A stretch of 59,158 bases of DNA from an uncultured Clostridia bacterium (GTDB lineage: Bacteria > Bacillota > Clostridia > Christensenellales > Borkfalkiaceae): positions 1 through 59,158 of the forward strand of contig CAYWML010000001.1 of the NCBI GenBank assembly GCA_964459515.1, read 5' to 3'. Positions within the stretch are counted from its first letter, which is position 1. Each line of letters begins with the position of its first letter. The notes beneath the pieces are model-generated. The model saw only the letters and a list, made by a program, of their open reading frames with translations, searched no databases and had not been told where the DNA came from. Positions 1-8,791 of this stretch are shown one piece after another. The translations under genes and the position numbers were made by a program.

Positions 1-39
1 TATACATGTCTTTTGTTTTTTTGTCCAGTCTTTTTGTAC

Positions 40-475
40 CATTTTCCGCTCCTCGTAATGACAAACAAGGGTAGGAAACACACTTCGTCATTGCAAGGCA
101 CGAACGTGCCGCGGCAATCTCCGCCGTTAGGCGGAAACGAGAGCCGATATTCCAAACTCGCGTTCCGCGGCAAGCCACAGGCTTGCCACGAGATTACCAC
201 GTCGCTTCGCTCCTCGTAATGACGGGGAGACTAAAAAAAGGCTTACGCATAAACGCCGCAAAGCGGCGTTACAGCGCAAGCGGAGCTTGCTTATTGTGGG
301 TATCAAGCGCGACTACCGTCGCCAAAACGCCGTGCGGCGTTGAAAGTTCGCAAGGGCGTTGCCCCTGCACCTCACAAGGAGCAATGCTCCTTGACCACGG
401 ATTACGCAAGCGGAGCTTGCTTGTCAGCGTGCAAAACGCGGCTATTGCCGCCGCGACATCGCCGTGCGGCGTTCG
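40..475. repeat. Dense tract of at least 11 short GC-rich stem-loops containing three internally repeated 14-18 nt words; non-coding and cut by the window edge
   Basis: Perfect or near-perfect hairpins at 97-110, 121-134, 169-187, 252-270, 276-290, 326-341, 350-368, 376-392, 406-420, 437-455 and 460-471. Exact repeats: cgctcctcgtaatgac (47-62, 208-223), cgcaagcggagcttgctt (275-292, 405-422), cgccgtgcggcgtt (328-341, 460-473). The only ORFs here (13..219, 183..617) give non-protein-like translations. Confidence 0.6.
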
Positions 476-720
476 TACTTCTCTTTCGTCGCTTTGCCGC
501 CGCGTAAATGCCGCTCCCGTAAGTTCAAATTCAAGACTTCGCGAACACGCTCGAATAACGCTTCGTCTATATATCGTAAACGCTCCGACACGTCTTTATG
601 TACCGTCGATTTACTGACGTTAAAATGCGCGGAGCACGCGCGTACGGTACAACCCGTCGCAACGATATATTCCGCGCATCGAATGGCTCTTTCTTCAATA
701 TATTCCCACAAAACCGACAC
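442..720 (-). CDS. spoIIID: Stage III sporulation transcriptional regulator SpoIIID
   Basis: ~90-aa protein whose HTH segment FNVSKSTVHKDVSERL and HLRGGKATK motif align along their length with B. subtilis SpoIIID. The codon at 720 is GTG. A TTG at 711 lies 8 nt after a GGAGG and is the more likely start. Confidence 0.85.
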   Translation of the reverse strand: MSVLWEYIEERAIRCAEYIVATGCTVRACSAHFNVSKSTVHKDVSERLRYIDEALFERVREVLNLNLRERHLRGGKATKEKYERRTAMSRRQ

Positions 721-743
721 CTCCGTAGCCGCGCTACGGAAAT

Positions 744-770
744 ATACTATGTCGGTTTTGCACGATTTAT
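744..770 (-). promoter_or_regulatory. Possible sigma-E-type promoter of spoIIID (ATA-N16-CATAGTAT)
   Basis: The minus strand reads ATA (770-768), a 16-nt spacer, then CATAGTAT (751-744). This resembles the B. subtilis sigma-E consensus ATA-N16-18-CATACA-T, and spoIIID is sigma-E dependent in Bacillus. Confidence 0.3.
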
Positions 771-786
771 AACTAATCTTGCTTTT

Positions 787-3252
787 TTACTCGCCCTTTT
801 TATAGGGAAGCGGAATTACGCGCAAAACGGAATCTTCGGCATATCGCGAAAGTTTCTTCGCGCGCGCGCTTTGCATGCTGATGAAAATATCTTCACTGCA
901 AATTTCGGAAACCGCGTGATTTTTTTCTTCGACAGCCAACATATACGGCGTGGTGACGTAAGAAGCGGAAAGCACGTGCGCGCCCTCTTTCATGCCCACG
1001 ATGAGCGCACCTTTTCTATACCGTTTCGACGCCTCAAGTTGCGAGGAAATCACGCGTTTGAATTTGCCCTCCGTCGTGGCGATGATAATTTCACCCTCGC
1101 CGTTGATCTGCGTCATCAAAACAGCTTCGTCGCTTTCGCGCAACATGATACCGCGTACGCCTGCGGCAACTCTACCTTGCGTGGGGATATCGTCTTTTAA
1201 CGCATTCAGGCAAAGCCCGTCTTTCGTAACGATTATGATCGTGTTTTCTTCAAAAGTATCTTCTTCTACCCCGATCACCTCGTCGCCCTCGACAAGTTTG
1301 ACCGCTTGGAAGCAATCTTTGCGTTGTTCGTACTCCGCCCAATCGCTCTTCTTAATCATGCCCTTCTTCGTGAAGAACAGCAAGCTTCCGTACGGCATAT
1401 GCTCCCCGACGGCAAACATAGCAACGATACGCTCGCCCGCTTCGGCGTCTTTGGAAAGCTCCTTTAAGGAAACGCCCTCATCCGAAAGCTTGCATACGAG
1501 CGTTTCGTCGGAAATATCCAATTTGTGACAGTTGCCGTAATCGGTAAAGGCAAAAATACGTTTATCCGTGTCCATTTGCAACAGCTTCAAGGCGATAAGT
1601 TGCGGTTTGAATTTGCCGTCCAACGGCTTTTCCAATGCTTCGATTTGCTTGCCCGTGAGCACTTTCAAGCGGTCGTCCGCCGTATAGACCAACGTGCAAG
1701 GAACGCCCGGTTTCTTTTCCGTCGCGGTGGCAAGCAAGCCGTCCGCCTCTTCGCGCGTGAACACCAAACGCGATTTGCGCGGCGTGGGGTACGCGTTTTT
1801 GATTTCCGTAATTTCTTCCTTGACGACCTGCAATTGCAAATCGCCGCTCTTGGAAATAGCCGTCAGCTTTTTAATCAATTTTTTCAGTTCTTTAAGCTCT
1901 TGCTCTAACTTAAAGACTTCCAACTTCGTCAAACGAGCCAAACGCAAATCGAGAATTGCCTGCGCCTGCACTTCGGTGATTTCGAAACGCGCCATCAATT
2001 TTGCACGCGCGTCCGACGTGCTGTCCGCTTTTTTAATGATAGCAATGACTTCGTCGATGTTTTGCACGGCGATAATCAAGCCTTCCAAAACGTGACAACG
2101 TTGCTCCGCCTGCCGCAAATCGAACAAAGTGCGGCGTTTGATGACCGATTGCTGGTATTTGACGTAATGGCGAATAATCTCCATAAGCCCGAGCTGCTGC
2201 GGCTTGCCGTCGGCAATAACGACCATGTTAATGCCGAACGTGACCTCCAAATCGGTATACTTATACAAGCATTTTAAAATCGCGTCTACGTCGGCCTCCT
2301 TTTTCACGCGCACCAAAGCGCGCATACCCGTTCTGTCCGACTCGTCCGCGACAAAATCCAGCCCTGCGAGTTCTTCTTTCTTCTCTTCGCGAAGATCGAC
2401 GATCTTGCGCAAAAGCTGCGCTTTATTCACCTGATAAGGCAATTCGGTGATGATGAGATTCGTTTTTCCGTTGTCCGTTTTTTCCGCCGTAATCTTCGCG
2501 CGAACGGTGATTTTTCCTCTGCCCGTTTTATACGCCTGTATCAATTCGTTGGCGATGATAACGCCGCCGGTGGGAAAGTCGGGCGAGGGAATGTACTCCA
2601 TCATTTCTTCCAAAGAAATAGCGGGATTGTCGATGTACGCCACCACGCCGTTGATGACTTCTTCGAGATTATGCGTGGGGATATTCGTCGCCAAACCGAC
2701 GGCAATACCCGACGCGCCGTTGACGAGCAAATTCGGGAAACGCCCCGGAAGCACGTCCGGCTCTTTCAAGCTGTCGTCGAAGTTTAAGGAAAAGGAAACC
2801 GTTTCCTTATCTATATCGCGCAAAAGTTCCAAGGCGAGCGGCTCCATGCGCGCCTCCGTATAACGCATTGCGGCTGCCGGATCGCCGTCTACCGAGCCAA
2901 AGTTACCGTGCCCGTTGACGAGCGTTTTCCCCATGTTGAAGCTCTGCGCCATACGCACCATTGCGTCGTATACCGAACTGTCGCCGTGGGGGTGATATTT
3001 ACCCATGCAATCGCCGACGATACGCGCGCTTTTTTTATGCGGCTTATCGGGCGTTAAACCCATTTCGTTCATCGTATACAAAATACGTCTTTGCACGGGT
3101 TTTAAGCCGTCCTCTACACGCGGCAAAGCGCGGTCGAGAATAACGAATTCCGCATACGGAAGCATGGAGGAATGCAATACTTTTTCGAGCGGTTCTACGT
3201 AAAGTTGTCCGCTCGGTTCGATTTTTTCGGGTTCTTTTTTACTTCTCGCCAT
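787..3252 (-). CDS. parC: Type IIA DNA topoisomerase subunit A, ParC-like (topoisomerase IV A / second GyrA paralog)
   Basis: 821 aa. N-terminus has [22 protein letters not shown], and the active-site [10 protein letters not shown]. No GyrA-box (QRRGGKG-like) is visible in the C-terminal domain. Overlaps the upstream B subunit gene by 14 nt. Confidence 0.85.
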   Translation of the reverse strand: MARSKKEPEKIEPSGQLYVEPLEKVLHSSMLPYAEFVILDRALPRVEDGLKPVQRRILYTMNEMGLTPDKPHKKSARIVGDCMGKYHPHGDSSVYDAMVRMAQSFNMGKTLVNGHGNFGSVDGDPAAAMRYTEARMEPLALELLRDIDKETVSFSLNFDDSLKEPDVLPGRFPNLLVNGASGIAVGLATNIPTHNLEEVINGVVAYIDNPAISLEEMMEYIPSPDFPTGGVIIANELIQAYKTGRGKITVRAKITAEKTDNGKTNLIITELPYQVNKAQLLRKIVDLREEKKEELAGLDFVADESDRTGMRALVRVKKEADVDAILKCLYKYTDLEVTFGINMVVIADGKPQQLGLMEIIRHYVKYQQSVIKRRTLFDLRQAEQRCHVLEGLIIAVQNIDEVIAIIKKADSTSDARAKLMARFEITEVQAQAILDLRLARLTKLEVFKLEQELKELKKLIKKLTAISKSGDLQLQVVKEEITEIKNAYPTPRKSRLVFTREEADGLLATATEKKPGVPCTLVYTADDRLKVLTGKQIEALEKPLDGKFKPQLIALKLLQMDTDKRIFAFTDYGNCHKLDISDETLVCKLSDEGVSLKELSKDAEAGERIVAMFAVGEHMPYGSLLFFTKKGMIKKSDWAEYEQRKDCFQAVKLVEGDEVIGVEEDTFEENTIIIVTKDGLCLNALKDDIPTQGRVAAGVRGIMLRESDEAVLMTQINGEGEIIIATTEGKFKRVISSQLEASKRYRKGALIVGMKEGAHVLSASYVTTPYMLAVEEKNHAVSEICSEDIFISMQSARAKKLSRYAEDSVLRVIPLPYKKGE

Positions 3253-5413
3253 TGCCTGCCTCCTTCTTGTCCGTCTTTTCTATTTTATCCATAAACGAAT
3301 CGTGCTTGTTGAAGTTGGCGTAACGCGCCAAAAATTCCTTTCTGCCCTCGACTTTGTCGCCCATGAGCGTGGTAATCATGCGCTCCGCTTTCGCCGCATC
3401 CTCCACGGTTACCTGTATCAAGTTGCGCGTTGCCGGGTTCATCGTCGTTTCCCAAAGCTGCTCGGCGCTCATTTCGCCAAGCCCTTTATAGCGTTGCAAC
3501 TGATAGCCTTTACCGATCTTTTCGATTTTCTCGTTCAACTCGTTGTCGTCGTAGGCATACTCTACCTTGTCCCCTTTATACACCTTATAAAGCGGCGGCA
3601 TACCGATATACACGCAACCTGCGTTGACGAGCGGACGCATATAGCGGAAGAAGAAAGTAAGCAATATGCAACGAATGTGCATACCGTCTTGGTCGGCATC
3701 GGAAAGAATGATGACTTTATGATAGTTGATTTTTTCCAACTTAAAATCGGGATCGATGCCTGCGCCGATCGCGCTGATCATCGTACGAATTTCCTCGTTT
3801 TCCAAAATTTGGCTGAGTTTTTTCTTTTCGACGTTCAACGGTTTTCCGCGGAGGGGCAAGATCGATTGGTATTGCCGTACGCGCGCTTGTTTTGCCGTAC
3901 CGCCTGCCGAATCGCCCTCCACGATGAACATTTCGTTCAATTCGGGTTTCTTTCCCGAACAAGCCGCCAACTTGCCGATCAACGTCAAGCCGTCGATGCT
4001 GTTCTTAGCACGTGCGTTGTCTTTGGCGGTTTTCGCCGCGATACGCGATTTTGCCGCCCCCTGCGCCTTTTTAATAATCTCCTCCATCGTCTTTTTATAG
4101 CCGCGGACGTTTTGCAACGCGTTAAAGCCTTCGATGACGGTAGCCTCTACGGGCGGACGCGCCTCCGTATTGCCGAGCTTGGTCTTCGTTTGTCCTTCAA
4201 ACTGCACGTTCGCCATTTTGATCGACAATACCGCCGTCATGCCCTCGCGGAAATCTTCGCCTTGGAAATTGGGATCTTTATCTTTCAAAAAACCGTTCGC
4301 GCGAGCATATTCGTTTAAGGCGCGCGCCAAGCCCGACTTAAAGCCGATTTCGTGATAGCCGCCCTCGGGGGTGGGAATATTATTGACGAACGAAACTAAG
4401 CCCTCCGTACGGTAATCGTCCGTGTGCTGAATGGAAAATTCCACTTGAATGTCGTTTTTCGTCGCTTTATAATAGATCGGTTGCGGATACAGCTTGCGCT
4501 TGCCCTCGTTTAAGGATTTCACGTAATCGGAAATACCGCCCTCGTATTTGAATACGGCGCGATACGGCTCGCTTTCGAGCGCAAGTTCGTCCACGTTGTC
4601 GAACAGCGATTGTTGCGCGCCGTCCTCTGCCGCAAGCGTTTCCGTCGTTTCGTGGCTGTTTTCCGCCGCTTCTTCCTCGTCCGTTTCTTCGGGCAACAAC
4701 ATACGGCTTCTGCGCGCCTCCGCCATCGTAATCCGTTCGTCTACGATAATAATCTCTATGCCGCGGTTCAAGAATGCGAGCTGATTCAAACGCTCTTCCA
4801 CGGTGTCTAAATCGAAATTCGTTTCGGAAAATACGCTTGCGTCCGGCTTAAAGCGGATGAGCGTGCCCTTGCGGTTGGTTGAAATGCCCGTATCTACGAG
4901 CGGTCCGTCGGGAATGCCCGACTCCACCTTTTTCTTCCGCGCGTTATACTTGGAATGAAAGCTCATTTTATAAACGCGCTTGTTGCGGCATACCTCAACG
5001 GTGAGCCATTCCGAAAGCGCGTTCGTGACCGATGCGCCTACCCCGTGCAAACCGCCCGAGTATTCGTAATTGCCTTGCCCGAATTTGCCGCCTGCGTGCA
5101 ACTTCGTAAAGACGAGCTGAACGCCCGAAACTTTTTCTTTCGGGTGCATGTCCGTAGGAATGCCGCGCCCGTTGTCCTCGACGGACGCGCTTCCGTCCGC
5201 GTATAACGTTACTTTGATACGATTTGCATACCCGTTTGCGGCTTCGTCGATCGCATTATCCACGATTTCCCAAAGGATATGATGCAGCCCCTTGACGCCC
5301 GTAGACCCGATATACATACCGGGACGCATACGAACGGCGTCCAAGCCTTCCAGCACCTCCAAATTTTTGGCGCTGTACTCGTTGTGTTGTGTCGTTTCTT
5401 TTTTTTCTGCCAT
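3239..5413 (-). CDS. parE: Type IIA DNA topoisomerase subunit B, ParE/GyrB family, with an acidic insertion
   Basis: 724 aa. GHKL ATPase motifs ([26 protein letters not shown]), YEGGI, Toprim EGDSAGG and [17 protein letters not shown] precedes the ATG at 5413. Confidence 0.85.
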   Translation of the reverse strand: MAEKKETTQHNEYSAKNLEVLEGLDAVRMRPGMYIGSTGVKGLHHILWEIVDNAIDEAANGYANRIKVTLYADGSASVEDNGRGIPTDMHPKEKVSGVQLVFTKLHAGGKFGQGNYEYSGGLHGVGASVTNALSEWLTVEVCRNKRVYKMSFHSKYNARKKKVESGIPDGPLVDTGISTNRKGTLIRFKPDASVFSETNFDLDTVEERLNQLAFLNRGIEIIIVDERITMAEARRSRMLLPEETDEEEAAENSHETTETLAAEDGAQQSLFDNVDELALESEPYRAVFKYEGGISDYVKSLNEGKRKLYPQPIYYKATKNDIQVEFSIQHTDDYRTEGLVSFVNNIPTPEGGYHEIGFKSGLARALNEYARANGFLKDKDPNFQGEDFREGMTAVLSIKMANVQFEGQTKTKLGNTEARPPVEATVIEGFNALQNVRGYKKTMEEIIKKAQGAAKSRIAAKTAKDNARAKNSIDGLTLIGKLAACSGKKPELNEMFIVEGDSAGGTAKQARVRQYQSILPLRGKPLNVEKKKLSQILENEEIRTMISAIGAGIDPDFKLEKINYHKVIILSDADQDGMHIRCILLTFFFRYMRPLVNAGCVYIGMPPLYKVYKGDKVEYAYDDNELNEKIEKIGKGYQLQRYKGLGEMSAEQLWETTMNPATRNLIQVTVEDAAKAERMITTLMGDKVEGRKEFLARYANFNKHDSFMDKIEKTDKKEAGNGEK

Positions 5414-5483
5414 AGTTTCCTCTATTGTAGCAACTCTACGCTATTTTTTGTAAAAATCCGCCAAAATATGCCATTTTAAGTTC

Positions 5484-5512
5484 ATTATAACATTTTTTTT
5501 CGCTTTTTACAA
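5484..5512 (-). promoter_or_regulatory. Sigma-A-type promoter of the parE-parC operon
   Basis: The minus strand reads TTGTAA (5512-5507), a 17-nt spacer, then TGtTATAAT (extended -10, TATAAT at 5489-5484). Confidence 0.55.
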
Positions 5513-5536
5513 ATGTTTTCGCCTATTTTTTTTGCG

Positions 5537-6232
5537 TTATTGCACAATTCCTTGCAAAATTTTCATAAGTTCGGAATAATTTCTCGCCTCGAAATTCGGC
5601 ACGATATCGTCGTTTTTCGGCTTTCCTTGCGGATTCCACCATACGGACAAAATATCCGCCTCGTTCGCCGCGCGAATATCCGCGCTTAAACTATCCCCTA
5701 TCCAAACGGCTTTGCGTTTATCGAAATCGGCGATATGTTCGGCAACGTAGGCGGTATACGCCGCGGCTGGCTTGTCGAAACCGACGCGTTCCGAAATAAA
5801 AACGCCGTCCGTCTTTTCCGACAGCCGCAAGCGTCGAAAGCGCGCCTCTTGCACGTACGCCGTTCCGTTGGTGACGATATAAATTCTCCCCAAATCACGA
5901 AGCGCGCGCAAAAACGCCTCCGCGCCCTCGATAAACCGCGGATTTTCGGAAAGATACCGCACGTAAAAAACGTTCATCTTTTCGCCGAAGGACGAGGCTA
6001 TGCCCAACGCCTGCAAAAAGCGCGGAAAGCGTTCCGCCATTAGACGCTCGCGCGAGATTTCTTTCCTTTCCAACATTTCCCAAAGTCCGCCGTTTACACG
6101 GCGATAGACGGCGCGATATTCCTCTTTCCAAGCTATGCCGCAAGCGGCAAACGCCGCAGGCAACGCCTCGTCCGATACGCCGTGAAAATCCAAAATCGTG
6201 TCGTCTGCGTCCACCAAAAATACGTATTCCAT
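5537..6232 (-). CDS. HAD-superfamily hydrolase (YjjG-like nucleotidase subfamily)
   Basis: 231 aa. Motif I is VDADDTILDF (DxDxT), with a C-terminal WIGDSLSADI motif. Confidence 0.75.
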   Translation of the reverse strand: MEYVFLVDADDTILDFHGVSDEALPAAFAACGIAWKEEYRAVYRRVNGGLWEMLERKEISRERLMAERFPRFLQALGIASSFGEKMNVFYVRYLSENPRFIEGAEAFLRALRDLGRIYIVTNGTAYVQEARFRRLRLSEKTDGVFISERVGFDKPAAAYTAYVAEHIADFDKRKAVWIGDSLSADIRAANEADILSVWWNPQGKPKNDDIVPNFEARNYSELMKILQGIVQ

Positions 6233-6235
6233 GCT

Positions 6236-8635
6236 TTATCCCTCTTGCGGCTCTATCACCGCCAATTCGTTTAACGCGCGCGTATACGCGATGTATTTTT
6301 CCCCGTCCGACATGCCTTTCGTTACGACGACGACGGAGGTAAACTCTAAACCTTTGCTTTCGTATACCGTCAGCAGATTGATCTTCGAACGGGAAAGTTT
6401 GCCTTTCGCCGTCACGTCGTTATAGCTTTTTCGTAGCCATTCGGCTTTTTCGGAAGCGGTGCAAATAATCGCTTTCAAACCCTTTTTTTCTTTGAAAAAT
6501 CCGCTTACGCCGCGCGGAAACAGGCGCACGACGTTCGGTCCGTCATAGCCGACGGATTGCATATGCAAATGCAACGTATCCGAAACGAAACGCACGATTT
6601 GGTTGGTGTTGCGATAGTTTTGATACAATTCGTATATCGAAAAATCGGGAAAAGCGGACGTCCAATCGCGTATTCCGCGCCAAGGCGTTATGTTTTGCGC
6701 CGTATCGCCGAACACGTTGAACGAAGCTTTGGCATTGATTTTCCGCAACAACGCGTATTCGCACGCGGAAATATCCTGTCCTTCGTCCACAAACACGTAA
6801 CCGTAGGCAGGTGAAAGCTTTTCGCTTATGCCGGCGCAAAGAACGCAAATGGCATAAGCGTCCGAAGGATACAGCCGCGGCGAGGTCATACCGTATTTTT
6901 CTTTGTATTTTTTTACCGTTTCGCGATAGAAATAGCGCACGACGTCCGTTTTATCCTCACAACCGCCCAACGCGGAAAAATTCCGTTCGCCGCGGAGATA
7001 GCGATAAAATTCGGAAAACGCCGTCGAACCGTCACCGATGATTTCTACTTTTTCCCGAACTTTTACAATCTCTTGCAAAATTTCTTTTCTTCGCGTAATA
7101 CGGTCGGCGTAAAGATATACTTCCGTACCGCCGATCTTTTGCTTAAAACGCGCCAAATCCGTCATTTCTTTTTCAATATCGACGTATAAAGCGTCGAGAG
7201 ACGACAAGGCTTCTTCCGTAATCTTGCGAACGGTATGCACGAGAAAATCCGCACTCTTATAAAAGGACATGAGTTGCCGATAGAAATACCCTGCGACTTT
7301 GGCGCGCTCGCTTTGCAACGTGCCGCCCATAAAATCTTCCACGTCCAAAATGCAATTCATCAATTCTCGGAACGGCTTCGTGTAGTATAAGCCGCCCTCT
7401 TTGCGTTCCTTGATCTCCCCGAGAACGGAACGACGCACGCGCATCGAAGCGTTTTTTATGCCCTCGTAGGCGAGAATTTGCCGTCTGCAATCTTGAAGAA
7501 TGGCTTGTATAAAATCCTTGCATTCCTCCCCCGTAAACAAGCCGTACAGACTGTCGAAAGCTTTTCTTTGTTTCTTTTCGACGTCCTTGACGAATTGCGG
7601 AGAATATAAATAGGAAAGATACGCCTCGTTTTCTTGTTGCGCGCGATCGATTTTTTCGGATATATCGATTTTTTCGTTTTTGAGCACCTGCAAGAAATAA
7701 TCGAAAACGGTACAAGTTTTTACGCGATCCAACTCCAAAATTTCCGCAAGCTCGTCGATGAAATCGTTGAAAGAATTGCTGGGCGTAAGGATCAATACGT
7801 CGCGCGGCTTTATATTCTCGTTGTTATACATGAGATAGCTTAAACGATGAAGCAAGACCATCGTTTTTCCGCTGCCCGCGCAGCCTTGCAAGACGAAACT
7901 GCCGCCCTCGGGGCGCGTGATGATTTCATACTGCTTTTCCTGTATCGTTTCGATGATGTCGCGAACGGACTCCTCTTCTTTACGGCTTTTGATTATCTCC
8001 CGTAAAAAGGGATCCAATACGTTTTCTTCGTCGCGATCGGCAATCTCTTCGGGAGAAAGATAATCTCGCAGAGAAAGATATTCGTTTTTGAAATCTACTA
8101 TTTTACCGCTTTTCGTGCGAATGGCGCGGCGTAAAATCGTTTTGTACTCATATTCGTTAAAGGTAAACGACGAACAACTTTTTTGATAATACCGACGAGC
8201 GACGGGGGTACGCCAATCGAGAATTTCCAAACGGACGTCTCCGCGCTTACCGATATAATAGCTGTTGTAGCCGTCGATATTATCCACCAAATCCATGCGT
8301 GCAAAATACGGTTCGTCGAAAAACGGACGATAGGTTTCCATTTTTGCCTTTTCCGCTTCGATATCCGCAAGGAGATTTTTAATTTCGCGATAGGCGGCGG
8401 CTGAACCGCGTTCCTCTCTTTCAAGCCGTTCGATTTCCGCCAAAGCTTCTTTTACGGCGTTTTTATGCACGCGTATACGCGCGATACGCAACATACGCAA
8501 CACCGCGTCCAAATGTTCGTCCTCGTAACGCTTTTGCGCTTCGTCGTCGAGAAGCGACAAAAACCACGCGCGATCCCCCTCTTTTTTCGGATCGAGCAAT
8601 GCCGTTAATCGTTCGTACGTAATTTTCTCCGCCAT
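6236..8635 (-). CDS. helD: UvrD/Rep superfamily-1 helicase, HelD-like (RNA polymerase-recycling ATPase family)
   Basis: Walker A GCAGSGKTMVLLHR; N-terminal coiled-coil followed by FARMDL..YYIGKRG..ILDWRTPVARRYY, which is typical of HelD; C-terminal SKGLEF. The start is moved to the ATG at 8635, 6 nt after AGGAG; the ORF track starts at 8650. Confidence 0.75.
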   Translation of the reverse strand: MAEKITYERLTALLDPKKEGDRAWFLSLLDDEAQKRYEDEHLDAVLRMLRIARIRVHKNAVKEALAEIERLEREERGSAAAYREIKNLLADIEAEKAKMETYRPFFDEPYFARMDLVDNIDGYNSYYIGKRGDVRLEILDWRTPVARRYYQKSCSSFTFNEYEYKTILRRAIRTKSGKIVDFKNEYLSLRDYLSPEEIADRDEENVLDPFLREIIKSRKEEESVRDIIETIQEKQYEIITRPEGGSFVLQGCAGSGKTMVLLHRLSYLMYNNENIKPRDVLILTPSNSFNDFIDELAEILELDRVKTCTVFDYFLQVLKNEKIDISEKIDRAQQENEAYLSYLYSPQFVKDVEKKQRKAFDSLYGLFTGEECKDFIQAILQDCRRQILAYEGIKNASMRVRRSVLGEIKERKEGGLYYTKPFRELMNCILDVEDFMGGTLQSERAKVAGYFYRQLMSFYKSADFLVHTVRKITEEALSSLDALYVDIEKEMTDLARFKQKIGGTEVYLYADRITRRKEILQEIVKVREKVEIIGDGSTAFSEFYRYLRGERNFSALGGCEDKTDVVRYFYRETVKKYKEKYGMTSPRLYPSDAYAICVLCAGISEKLSPAYGYVFVDEGQDISACEYALLRKINAKASFNVFGDTAQNITPWRGIRDWTSAFPDFSIYELYQNYRNTNQIVRFVSDTLHLHMQSVGYDGPNVVRLFPRGVSGFFKEKKGLKAIICTASEKAEWLRKSYNDVTAKGKLSRSKINLLTVYESKGLEFTSVVVVTKGMSDGEKYIAYTRALNELAVIEPQEG

Positions 8636-8756
8636 AACACACTCCTGCATACTCTTTTAATAATAGCATATTATTCCGAAAAAAGAAACTGTTTCGAGAA
8701 AAAATTCCGCGAAATTTTTTCGACAAATTTTGCGCGCTTCGATTTTTTAGACGAAC

Positions 8757-8785
8757 GAACGGCTTTGCCGCCAGCAAAGCCGTTC
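8757..8785 (-). terminator. Hairpin downstream of argS (probable terminator, weak U-tract)
   Basis: 12-bp perfect stem gaacggctttgc / gcaaagccgttc immediately after the argS stop. Confidence 0.4.
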
Positions 8786-8791
8786 CGATTT

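Noticed and set aside
40-475. A CRISPR array, tmRNA, RNase P RNA, or group II intron domain V (GAGCCGATAT… at 141) in the left-edge repeat tract.
   Set aside because: The repeated words occur only twice each at irregular spacings (160, 130, 132 bp), with no uniform repeat-spacer periodicity. No tmRNA tag ORF or T-arm is present, and no RNase P P4 motif. The GAGCCG segment has no complementary 3' arm to form domain V.
13-617. ORFs 13..219 and 183..617 (plus strand) covering the hairpin tract.
   Set aside because: The translations are non-protein-like, the repeated peptide LLVMT simply reflects the DNA repeat, there is no SD, and 183..617 runs antisense into spoIIID. I treat the tract as non-coding.
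8720-8735. A perfect Spo0A box (TTGTCGAA on the minus strand) upstream of the HelD-like gene, and a near-match in the ftsA promoter spacer.
   Set aside because: A 7-mer is expected several times by chance in 59 kb. There is no clustering or positional support.
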